A stretch of 64,000 nt of DNA. Origin: Deltaproteobacteria bacterium. GTDB lineage: Bacteria > Desulfobacterota > GWC2-55-46 > UBA9637. The notes under the pieces were generated by a model. The model ran no database searches. It was not told where the DNA came from and saw nothing but the letters and a program-made list of their open reading frames with translations. The stretch is taken from contig JACRML010000031.1 of the NCBI GenBank assembly GCA_016214995.1, positions 6,453 to 70,452 of the forward strand, written 5' to 3'. This document shows, piece by piece, positions 18,193-26,017 of the stretch. Each line of letters begins with the position of its first letter. Position 1 is the stretch's first letter. The translations under genes and the position numbers were made by a program.

Positions 18193-18428
18193 AAGGCTGT
18201 TAATGGCTTTTTCCACAGCCTGCCAATGAACTACGAATCAAAACTTAATCTCCTTTATGATATTTGTCAAGGAGAATTTACAAACTTACAGGTTTTGTAT
18301 ACTATACTTTATATTGGATAGCCAACTTGCAGCAACTGTGATATAATACGCCGCATTTAAAATGTGGTATTGGATTACTGCATGGCAGCTAAAGGTTAAC
18401 ACTGCAACCAAAAGGAGATGATATGAAA

Positions 18429-18633
18429 GATTACACCGATTATAAAGGCGGATTACACAGATTAAGGCAAAGTAACAGTTTTTAATCACTTCGGGTCTAA
18501 TTCCCCGAAGCTTGCTTCGTAATTTTTTTTGTATCAACAACAATTGTAGCTTCTGTGAGGTGTTTTCAGATACCCCGCAGCTTGCTGCGGGGTAGTTCAT
18601 TCTGTGTAATCGTATTTCAAAATCTGTGTAATC
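18429..18633. repeat. Family G element, copy G3, with about 120 bp nested insert
   Basis: gattacaccgat and gattacacagat on the left, tctgtgtaatc and atctgtgtaatc on the right. The insert carries ccccgaagcttgcttcg and ccccgcagcttgctgcgggg hairpins. Confidence 0.85.
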
Positions 18634-18656
18634 AATTCTTTCATAGGAGGAATAAA

Positions 18657-19844
18657 ATGAAAGCAACGGTATCTATCATAAGGCAGGTAGTAATCATTAC
18701 AGTGATTGTTGCTATTTTTTTTAAATCTTACCTGAGTGCAGAGGAGAGTCAGTTTAGAAAGAAATTCATGGAAAACCACAAAGCCAATAGCCTGCAAGCC
18801 CAAAGCATCCTTATTAAAAAAAATAAGGATATCATACCAGCGGAAATTAACTCCCTGATTACAGAAGCTATGCTGCCTGAAAAGAGTTATCAGGAGAGGG
18901 TGTATCTGTTAGACATTGCAGGTGCCATAGCCACAATGAATATTCACTGGAACAACGGTGACGAGGAGTTGCTTAAGAAGGTAGAAAAATTACAAAAGGA
19001 AGAAGTTGAAAAGGAAAAAAAAAGAACCGAAGGGTTTGAAGAAATTAAAAAAATGGAAAAGGTGCCAGGTAATTTTGTTATGACTGCCCATAAGCAGGAA
19101 ATGGCTGCAAAGGGGCTAAGTCCTGTAATCTATCCCCACTGGATACACAGGGCATTCTTCAGATGCAAGGTCTGCCATGAGGACATCTTTATTATGAAAC
19201 GTGGCGCCAATGATCTATCCCAGGCAAAGATACAGGAGGGCAAGCAGTGCGGGATGTGCCATAACGGCAAGATATCTTTTAATGCAAGCGCTGAGGAAAA
19301 CTGCGGAAGATGTCATATTGTTGGTAAGCCTGAATCCAGGCCGCTTATGGATTTAAGTTATTATAACGGCAATAAATTTAAAGAGATTGCATCAAGGGTA
19401 GGTACTGAATGGAATCCCGAAAATCTTTCAGGCGGGAAATTGCCGGTTGATAAGCTAGGGTTTATCAACTGGGTTGAGCTTGACAAGGTGAAGGCGTTTA
19501 ATCCACGTACTAACCTCAATGGGGGCCCAGATGCTGAAGGTGTAAGAGAGACGAACATACTTTTTGAAACATCCATCGCCTTTTTAAAAAATGTCCTGTT
19601 CAGCCATAAAATACATTCTACATGGGTTAAATGTTCTATGTGTCATCCCGATACATTCAAACCAGAGCTTGGCGCAAACAGGGTAAAGATGATTGAAATG
19701 AAAGATGGTAAAAGCTGCGGCCGTTGCCATGGAAAGGTTGCCTTTACTCATTCTGATTGTCTAAGATGCCACAATTTTACAAAAGAAAATACGCCGGAAG
19801 GCGCGCTTATTAACCACGCGCCAACTGCTGCTCCAGCGCAGTAG
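18657..19844 (+). CDS. Hexaheme c-type cytochrome (two c7/c3-type triheme modules)
   Basis: Six CxxCH motifs: CKVCH, CGMCH, CGRCH, CSMCH, CGRCH, CLRCH. N-terminal signal anchor. ATG 18657 has AGGAGG 6 nt upstream. The ORF-track start at 18555 runs through repeat G3. Confidence 0.85.
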   Translation: MKATVSIIRQVVIITVIVAIFFKSYLSAEESQFRKKFMENHKANSLQAQSILIKKNKDIIPAEINSLITEAMLPEKSYQERVYLLDIAGAIATMNIHWNNGDEELLKKVEKLQKEEVEKEKKRTEGFEEIKKMEKVPGNFVMTAHKQEMAAKGLSPVIYPHWIHRAFFRCKVCHEDIFIMKRGANDLSQAKIQEGKQCGMCHNGKISFNASAEENCGRCHIVGKPESRPLMDLSYYNGNKFKEIASRVGTEWNPENLSGGKLPVDKLGFINWVELDKVKAFNPRTNLNGGPDAEGVRETNILFETSIAFLKNVLFSHKIHSTWVKCSMCHPDTFKPELGANRVKMIEMKDGKSCGRCHGKVAFTHSDCLRCHNFTKENTPEGALINHAPTAAPAQ

Positions 19845-19874
19845 CAGTTTGAATAAGACTCAAACATTTAGCCA

Positions 19875-21563
19875 TGTGAGGGGGAAAGGGGGTTTTGTTA
19901 CATTTCGCAACTCTACGGAAATACTAAAGGCCTTAAAACAGACCAGTTAAGAAGACTACAGCATATTTACCGCCGCCGTATTCCACCCAACCTGTTCATT
20001 ACTCCGGAATTAGGAAGATACCTTACAGAACTTTCCAGAGACATAGGCAGACAAATAGGTGTTATCGTTAATCGTCAGGGTTTTGTTGTCTGTGCCATTA
20101 TCGGCGATGAAAAAGAGATTGTCATCCCTATTCTTTCTGATTATCCGCTTGGCAGAAAGCGCCTCAGGGGCGTGCGCTGCATACACACGCATCTCAAAAA
20201 TGAACCTTTAAGCCAGGATGACCTTACAGACCTTGCCTTGCTGAGGCTGGATATGATGGCTGCCATCGGTGTTCTGGAAGACGGCCTGCCAGGCAATATT
20301 TATATGTCTCATCTTTTGCCGTTAAACCCTGAAGGCAAAACCTTTGAAACTCATCCGGCGATGCCGTTTCACAGGCTGGATTTAAAAGCAGACGAGTTTG
20401 TTGAGGCTCTGGAAGATGAGATGGGCAGGGCCATAGTAAGGGATGTCCAAGATAAAAGGGAAAGGGCAATCCTTGTAAGCGTATCAACAAAAAACAATAG
20501 AAGAGAAGAACAAATAGAATCCATGGAAGAACTTAAAGAACTGGCGCGCTCCGCAGATGTAGTTGTGCTGGATGCAATCATACAGAGGCCAAAGGAGTTT
20601 AACCCGAAATACCTCATGGGCAGCGGAAAACTGAAAGAGCTTGTCATAAATGCCCTTCAAAAAGAGGCAACCCTCATCATATTTGACCAAGAACTTACCT
20701 CTACGCAAATGCGCGAGATAGGCGAGATTACAGAGTTAAAGGTAATTGACAGGGCGCAGCTTATCCTTGACATATTTGCCAGAAGGGCGTTTTCTCGGGA
20801 CGGCAAGGTGCAGGTGGAACTGGCTCAGTTGAAATACCGTTTTTCAAAATTGACCGGCAAAGGCACTGCCATGTCAAGGCTTGCAGGCGGCATAGGCGGA
20901 AGGGGGCCGGGTGAGACGAAGCTGGAGGTTGACAGGCGCCGGGTGCAGGATAAAATCAGCCATCTTGAAAAACAGCTCAAACATTTAAGCAGGGGCAGAC
21001 TTGAGAGAAGGCGAAGCAGAAGAGACAGCGGTGTTCCCATAATATCCGTTGTTGGTTACACAAATGCAGGCAAATCCACGCTCCTCAATGCGCTCACAAA
21101 AAGCGAGACAAAGGTGGAAAACCTACTTTTTGCAACACTTGATACTGCCTCCAGAAGATTAAGATTTCCAAGAGAGAGGGATGCAGTTATTACAGATACA
21201 GTGGGTTTTATACGGCATCTGCCCGAAGACCTGCTCAAGGCATTCAAGGCAACGCTTGAGGAGATGCAGGATGCTGATTTGCTTATACACCTCGTTGATG
21301 TGAGCAATCCCAATTTTGAAAAACAGATGAAGGTAGTGGAAGATGTGTTGAGCGAGATAGGGCTTGACGCCATAGAAAGGCTTCTTGTGTTTAATAAAGA
21401 GGATAGGGCCGACCCTGAGATAGTTAAAAACCTTTGCAGACGATATAATGCAATATCTATTTCAGCTATATACACTGATACATTGAGGAAGCTGTTGGGT
21501 GTGCTTGAACAAAAGCTTTGGCCGAAAGATAGTGCAGAAACAATGGTTGCCAGCTTGGAATGA
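19875..21563 (+). CDS. hflX: GTPase HflX (long form)
   Basis: G domain VVGYTNAGKSTLLNAL, DTVGFI, NKED. HflX N-domain GKVQVELAQLKY, GPGETKLE. An open in-frame extension runs up to GTG 19875. The ORF track starts at GTG 20172. Confidence 0.8.
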   Translation, partial: CEGERGFCYISQLYGNTKGLKTDQLRRLQHIYRRRIPPNLFITPELGRYLTELSRDIGRQIGVIVNRQGFVVCAIIGDEKEIVIPILSDYPLGRKRLRGVRCIHTHLKNEPLSQDDLTDLALLRLDMMAAIGVLEDGLPGNIYMSHLLPLNPEGKTFETHPAMPFHRLDLKADEFVEALEDEMGRAIVRDVQDKRERAILVSVSTKNNRREEQIESMEELKELARSADVVVLDAIIQRPKEFNPKYLMGSGKLKELVINALQKEATLIIFDQELTSTQMREIGEITELKVIDRAQLILDIFARRAFSRDGKVQVELAQLKYRFSKLTGKGTAMSRLAGGIGGRGPGETKLEVDRRRVQDKISHLEKQLKHLSRGRLERRRSRRDSGVPIISVVGYTNAGKSTLLNALTKSETKVENLLFATLDTASRRLRFPRERDAVITDTVGFIRHLPEDLLKAFKATLEEMQDADLLIHLVDVSNPNFEKQMKVVEDVLSEIGLDAIERLLVFNKEDRADPEIVKNLCRRYNAISISAIYTDTLRKLLGVLEQKLWPKDSAETMVASLE

Positions 21564-21623
21564 TATATCTTGAACAAAGGGGTCTATTGTTTAAGGAGTA
21601 TCTGCTATTTCAACATATACCGA

Positions 21624-22373
21624 TTATGTTTTGCATGCCTTATGAAATGCCACTGTTCCGCCCAAAATGGAGCGGCCAATGATATTGGAATAACCCAGCT
21701 CCAACAGCACGTGGGAGAGCTCCTCTGTAGAGTAAAACATGCGGATAGACTGGATAAAGTAGGGCTGACATTTCAAAGATGTTGACCCACTACGGAAAGC
21801 CCTGGCAATAAGGGGCAAACAGGCCTTCAAGTAAAGGCAGTAAATTTCTTCTATAAATTTGTTTGCCGGTCTTAACATATCGCAGTGGTAAAAATAGCCG
21901 CCGGGTTTAAGCACCCGTTTGATTTCAGAGAATACCTTTATAACACGCAAATGCCGTGTCGCCCATTGTAGCGTCACAACGTCAAAATAATTGTCGGGAA
22001 ACGGCAAATGATGCACATCACTGATTAGACCGTTGATATGAAAGCCATGACGTTGGGCAAGGTTTCTGCCGACTTTCTGCATTGCAATACTTCTGTCCAC
22101 TGCATAAACAGTTAGATTTTGCTGTTTTTTTAAAAGCTTAATGCCAATGGCATTAGTACCGGCGCATACATCCAGAACCTTGTAATCGGGCTTAATATCA
22201 ATGGTGGAGATAAAGCGGCTGCGCAAGCTGTTCATAAGACCCAGGCTGGCGAAAATGTTTGCTCGGTCGTAATAAGCTGCAACATCGGAAAACACTGCGT
22301 CAAGGTCGTTATTCCAAATAGACTCAAACGCCTTTTTGCGTGCGTTTTCTTTCTCCATATAACTGCAATTCAT
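21624..22373 (-). CDS. Class I SAM-dependent methyltransferase, UbiE/MenG-like
   Basis: 249 aa. VAAYYDRANIFASLGL..., SAM motif VLDVCAGTNAIG, post-I D (AVDRS). Confidence 0.7.
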   Translation of the reverse strand: MNCSYMEKENARKKAFESIWNNDLDAVFSDVAAYYDRANIFASLGLMNSLRSRFISTIDIKPDYKVLDVCAGTNAIGIKLLKKQQNLTVYAVDRSIAMQKVGRNLAQRHGFHINGLISDVHHLPFPDNYFDVVTLQWATRHLRVIKVFSEIKRVLKPGGYFYHCDMLRPANKFIEEIYCLYLKACLPLIARAFRSGSTSLKCQPYFIQSIRMFYSTEELSHVLLELGYSNIIGRSILGGTVAFHKACKT

Positions 22374-22487
22374 ACTGATTCCTTTTCCAGCCAGAGAATT
22401 GGCATATATTATTTCCTTTTGGCTAACAAATTATTATACGGTTTCTGTGTAATATCAGAGCCAAATCATAAAGTCAAGGCGTTATAA

Positions 22488-22670
22488 CGTAAAATAGCGA
22501 TTGAAACACTCGCTATTTTACAAACCTGCGATTTGCCTGCCATACTTCGTTATCGGTCAATTTTTACTCCTCACCGTATCGGTGAACATACGGCTCGTCT
22601 CAAAAATTGGCGCTGCCTCGTCTGGCAGCCAACTTGCAGGTTTCCCCAAAAATCAATATCTATTTTTGGG
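22488..22670 (-). repeat. Family A repeat, copy A2
   Basis: Reverse orientation of A1. Lacks the cccctctcgagagggg module. Confidence 0.85.
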
Positions 22671-22987
22671 ACTGTAATACAAGAGTGGCAGATATTGTAG
22701 AATTTATATCTATTATTTCATGGTAGCATTATTTTATGAGTGATAGACAGAATTGTAGGATGGACTATGCCCACCATCTCTGGCTTCGGTTGGCGCAATC
22801 CATCCTACGGCTATGACAAATAAGGGATAGCCCCCCCCTTCTTCACACCGGCACCATTTTAGTACTCATTGAAGAAATTGTCGAATTCGATTTCAACAGC
22901 ACTATGGTGCCGACCCCCGGTCTGCGTTACCGCTGAAAAATAATCCAGCCTGCCAAACCTACTGTTGTAATAATATCAAACAATCTC

Positions 22988-23016
22988 TTGACAGATAATC
23001 ATACCTATGATAGATT
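22988..23016 (+). promoter_or_regulatory. Candidate sigma70 promoter of the XRE-DUF4065 operon
   Basis: TTGACA (22988-22993), 17-nt spacer, TAGATT (23011-23016). GGGGAGGG SD before ATG 23041. Confidence 0.4.
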
Positions 23017-23040
23017 AATGTTATTAAGGGGAGGGCTGCG

Positions 23041-23829
23041 ATGAGCATATACGAAAAAATAGGGTGTCGGATTAAAATGCTTAGGGAAAAGACCGGCATG
23101 AGCCAGGATATGCTGTCACAGAAGATTGGAATATCACGGCCTGCTGTTTCCAAAATAGAGAGCGGTGAGCGGAAAATCTCCGCATACGAGTTGCAAAAGC
23201 TTTCTCATATTTTCCATGTTTCAGTGGACGATTTGTTGAATCCGGTAAAAGAGCCGGAGGTTCATTTGCATAAAGGCAAGGAAGGGAAAACAGCCAGGCC
23301 GCAAATGCGGATTAGCGTGCCGCAGAAGAATCTCCAGAAATTCAAGGAAATTCTGTTGTACATTTTGAATAAGGTCGGGGCCAAAGAGAACATCGGCGAA
23401 ACTGTCATCTATAAACTCCTCTATTTCATAGACTTTGACTTCTATGAAAAATATGAGGAGCAACTGATCGGCGCAACATACATCAAAAACAAATACGGCC
23501 CCACGCCTGTCGAGTTTGCCAAAATCGTAGAGAAAATGATTGAAGGCAAAGAGATAGAGAAGGTCAAAAGCGAATATTTCAATTTTCCGCAGACCAAGTA
23601 TTTGCCTTGTCGGAAGCCTGACCTGGCGAAATTGAAGGCGAACGAGATTGAGGTGATAGACGATGTCCTGAACCGGCTTTCGGAGATGAATGCGAGTCAG
23701 ATAAGCGCCTATTCCCATAGCGATGTTCCATGGGTGACAACGGCGGATGGCGAGGCTATCGAATACGAATCGGTCTTTTACCGCACTTTGCCCTATTCTG
23801 TGCGGGCATATGCGGAAGAGAACGGATGA
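23041..23829 (+). CDS. XRE-family HTH fused to a DUF4065 (SocA/Panacea-type) antitoxin domain
   Basis: N-terminus LREKTGMSQDMLSQKIGISRPAVSKIESGERK. C-terminus KLLYFIDFDFYEKYEEQLIGATYIKNKYGPTP... Confidence 0.75.
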   Translation: MSIYEKIGCRIKMLREKTGMSQDMLSQKIGISRPAVSKIESGERKISAYELQKLSHIFHVSVDDLLNPVKEPEVHLHKGKEGKTARPQMRISVPQKNLQKFKEILLYILNKVGAKENIGETVIYKLLYFIDFDFYEKYEEQLIGATYIKNKYGPTPVEFAKIVEKMIEGKEIEKVKSEYFNFPQTKYLPCRKPDLAKLKANEIEVIDDVLNRLSEMNASQISAYSHSDVPWVTTADGEAIEYESVFYRTLPYSVRAYAEENG

Positions 23830-24074
23830 GTGAGCCATTCTACAGTCCATTCGTTAGGACGCTGTTCAAGAAGATATCTCATGCCCCGGAATTTGAAAAA
23901 GACATGAAGAGGCTTAAGCGATTCTCATCGATAGAAGAGGATTTGCGGTGGAAGGGGATAGATTCAGCAGGGATGGGGAAGGGTAAAGGGGTTGGGGTTG
24001 CGAGGGGGAGGGGAATAGATCAGGCTCGTATTTTCTGTTTTAGCTATAGAATAAGTTGGTACTTTGATATATAG
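23826..24074 (+). pseudogene. Truncated RelE/ParE-like toxin, 3' part replaced by repeat R3a
   Basis: ATGA overlap with the upstream antitoxin. The first 37 or so codons (..FEKDMKRLKRFSSIEEDL) resemble RelE/ParE N-termini. From about 23953 the frame reads through G-rich repeat sequence (GMGKGKGVGVARGRG). Confidence 0.5.
23953..24014 (+). repeat. G-rich post-toxin repeat R3, partial copy R3a
   Basis: Matches the 3' half of R3b and R3c: cagcaggga.ggggaagggtaaaggggttg.ggttgcgaggg. Confidence 0.8.
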
Positions 24075-24080
24075 TGAAAG

Positions 24081-24161
24081 CAATAAATAACTTGTAGGGC
24101 AAGCCTTCAGGCTTGCTTATTTGCAGGGCTAAAGCCCTGCCCTACACCAAGTTATTTATTG
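24081..24161. other. 81-nt three-way-junction palindrome
   Basis: Perfect 14-bp outer stem caataaataacttg/caagttatttattg. 6-bp tagggc/gcccta stem. Two inner hairpins, aagcc..ggctt and cagggc..gccctg. Confidence 0.7.
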
Positions 24162-24209
24162 CCGTTAGTATAGAATAGAGAAAAAATTAATAATGTAGGG
24201 GGGATTTAT

Positions 24210-24395
24210 ATGAGAACCGCGGCACAAAAAGTTAATCCAGAGGATTTTATCCTTTCTGCCCTTTCTCCAGAGGATCGGCTCGATGCGGCATTTGAGGTCG
24301 CTCGTGAGGCGTTCAAAAAGACACGCTTGACAATGAAAGATATTGACAATGCGGTTAAATCGGTAAGGAGAAAGGCTTACGAAAAGAAGAAATAA
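24210..24395 (+). CDS. Small putative antitoxin of the downstream PIN toxin
   Basis: 61 aa. No family firmly recognised. Position and size fit a type II antitoxin. Confidence 0.5.
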   Translation: MRTAAQKVNPEDFILSALSPEDRLDAAFEVAREAFKKTRLTMKDIDNAVKSVRRKAYEKKK

Positions 24396-24414
24396 AGTAG
24401 TCATAGACACAAGC

Positions 24415-24801
24415 GTGCTTATTTCTGCCTACGCCTTTGGTGGAACACCGGAGAAGGCTGTAAAGAAGGCGTTCTCAGAGGCAGACATATATTTAACCCC
24501 CGACCTTTTAAAGGAATACCGTGATGTCCCTTTGGCGCTTGAGGCAGAGGGAAAGATTAACCACCTGCAATTTAAGACCTTGATTTCAGGGATGGCAGCC
24601 GTTGTATCAAGAGCCGAGATTGTAAATCCAAAAAGAAAAATCCTGATATGTAGAGACCCGAAGGACGATATGTTGCTTGACTGTTGCATTGAAGCAAAGG
24701 CAGATTTTCTTGTCACAGGCGATGCTGACCTTCTTAATATCGCAGAATTGCCGTTTAATTTAAGGATAGTAACTCCACTCAAATTTCTCGAAGAAGGGTA
24801 G
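24415..24801 (+). CDS. PIN-family toxin (PIN_3/TIGR00305-like)
   Basis: DPKDDMLLDCCIEAKADFLVTGDADLL is the typical C-terminal PIN_3 motif. The conserved VVIDTSV segment is encoded in frame upstream of the first canonical start (GTG 24415). Confidence 0.75.
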   Translation: MLISAYAFGGTPEKAVKKAFSEADIYLTPDLLKEYRDVPLALEAEGKINHLQFKTLISGMAAVVSRAEIVNPKRKILICRDPKDDMLLDCCIEAKADFLVTGDADLLNIAELPFNLRIVTPLKFLEEG

Positions 24802-24814
24802 TCTATTCCCACCG

Positions 24815-24948
24815 GATGTAAAAACGATGAATGAAGAGGGCAATCGTAGGGTGGGCATTGCCCACCGGATGAGGAAGATAGAAGGGCTGATGGAGAGGTT
24901 CAGCAGGGACGGTGAAGGGTAAAGGGGTTGTGATTGCAAGAGGTGGGG
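24815..24948 (+). repeat. G-rich post-toxin repeat R3b
   Basis: Roughly 85 percent identical by eye to R3c over about 135 bp. Contains the ggtgggcattgcccacc palindrome and a G-run tract. Starts about 13 nt after the PIN stop. Confidence 0.85.
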
Positions 24949-24996
24949 AAATAAATGAGTCCGCTTCTTCAAAAAAAAGCTAAGTGGAGGTATTTG

Positions 24997-25266
24997 ATGA
25001 AAATAGTAAGCGAACACATAGACAAGATTGTAGCAATCGGCAAGCGGTATGGCGCTACCCGTCTGATATTGTTCGGGGGAGTGGTCGCAAGATCGGAAAA
25101 TACAAGAGATATTGATATAGCATGCGATGGCATCCCAGGCTGGAAGCTTTATGAATTTGCAGCAAGACTTGAAGAGGAGCTGCATATTCCTCTCGATGTA
25201 ATGCCGCTCAGCCCTCCGAGTCGTTTTACAAAATACATTGAGATGAAAGGCAAGGCGCTCATATGA
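24997..25266 (+). CDS. Nucleotidyltransferase-domain antitoxin (MntA-like)
   Basis: LILFGGVVARSENTRDIDIA (GG..x..DxD NTase signature). GGAGG lies 6 nt upstream of ATG 24997. ATGA overlap with the HEPN gene. Confidence 0.75.
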   Translation: MKIVSEHIDKIVAIGKRYGATRLILFGGVVARSENTRDIDIACDGIPGWKLYEFAARLEEELHIPLDVMPLSPPSRFTKYIEMKGKALI

Positions 25267-25736
25267 ATCTGAAAGACCTTTGCGAGGAAATTGCCATTGA
25301 GATTGAGCTTCTCGAATCCGTCATCAAAGAAATATCTTCCCTGCGCAACGACTTAACGGAGCGTGAGCCAACTATCAGGGAAAAAACAGCCGCAGGCGCC
25401 TTTATGGCACAATTTTACGGAGGGATTGAAAACATTTTGAAACGGATCAGCTTGTTCCACTCTGTTCCAATGCCTTCCGGCGACAACTGGCACACAGATC
25501 TTTTCCGAAGATTTTGCCAACCATCTTACCAAACCCTGCCTCTATTATTTAAGGAACAACTGGCCTTAGACATGGCCGCATTTCGTAAATTCAGGCATGT
25601 TGTTTATCACGGCTACGGTTTTGAACTTGACTGGGACAGGATGAAAGAAGGGTTGGCAAGAATTGATGATGTATTTAACCGTTTTAAACAGAAACTTAAC
25701 GAATATCTAAATGGGTTAGAAAAACAGAATAAATAG
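25263..25736 (+). CDS. HEPN-domain toxin (HepT-like)
   Basis: 157 aa. Rx4-6H motif in FRKFRHVVYHGYG. Paired with the MNT gene. Confidence 0.7.
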   Translation: MNLKDLCEEIAIEIELLESVIKEISSLRNDLTEREPTIREKTAAGAFMAQFYGGIENILKRISLFHSVPMPSGDNWHTDLFRRFCQPSYQTLPLLFKEQLALDMAAFRKFRHVVYHGYGFELDWDRMKEGLARIDDVFNRFKQKLNEYLNGLEKQNK

Positions 25737-25748
25737 CCGATACCGTCA

Positions 25749-25890
25749 AATGCGGAAACGATGATGGAAGAGGGCAAAAAGTTGTAGGGTGGGCTATGCC
25801 CACAGGATGAGAGAGATAGAAGGGCTGAGGGGAGAGGTTCCGCAGGGACGGGGAAGGGTAAGGGGGTTGGGATTGCGAGGGTGGAGGGGG
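25749..25890 (+). repeat. G-rich post-toxin repeat R3c
   Basis: Homologous to R3b. Starts about 13 nt after the HEPN stop. G-runs ggggaagggtaagggggttgggattgcgagggtggaggggg. Confidence 0.85.
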
Positions 25891-26017
25891 ATTTTATAAT
25901 TTCATACATGGATAAACGAGGCGACTAATGCAAATTTGAAGGTGATTGAAAGACTGATAAAACACTCATCAAAGCAATGAGATAAAGGCTGCAATAGCTA
26001 TTGTTTTAATATAAAAT

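Noticed and set aside
18286-18666. 126-aa minus-strand ORF, and a 20-aa plus-strand ORF (about 18434) with a GGAG SD, in the cpoB-cytochrome intergenic region
   Set aside because: Both consist largely of family G repeat units and nested hairpins (KDYTDYKGGLHR is simply gattacaccgat translated). Nothing beyond chance supports them.
22690-22960. Small ORFs and a 9-bp inverted repeat (cggcaccat ... atggtgccg) in the left border of the island as a possible ncRNA or att site
   Set aside because: The ORFs are repeat translations (gtaggatgg...ccatcctac palindrome). The inverted repeat is short with a 50 nt or so loop. No tRNA fragment or direct repeat partner was found at the right border.
24815-25890. 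R3 repeats as integron attC sites
   Set aside because: They lack RYYYAAC and GTTRRRY cores and an overall imperfect-palindrome layout. They are kept only as 'cassette-like punctuation', not as attC.
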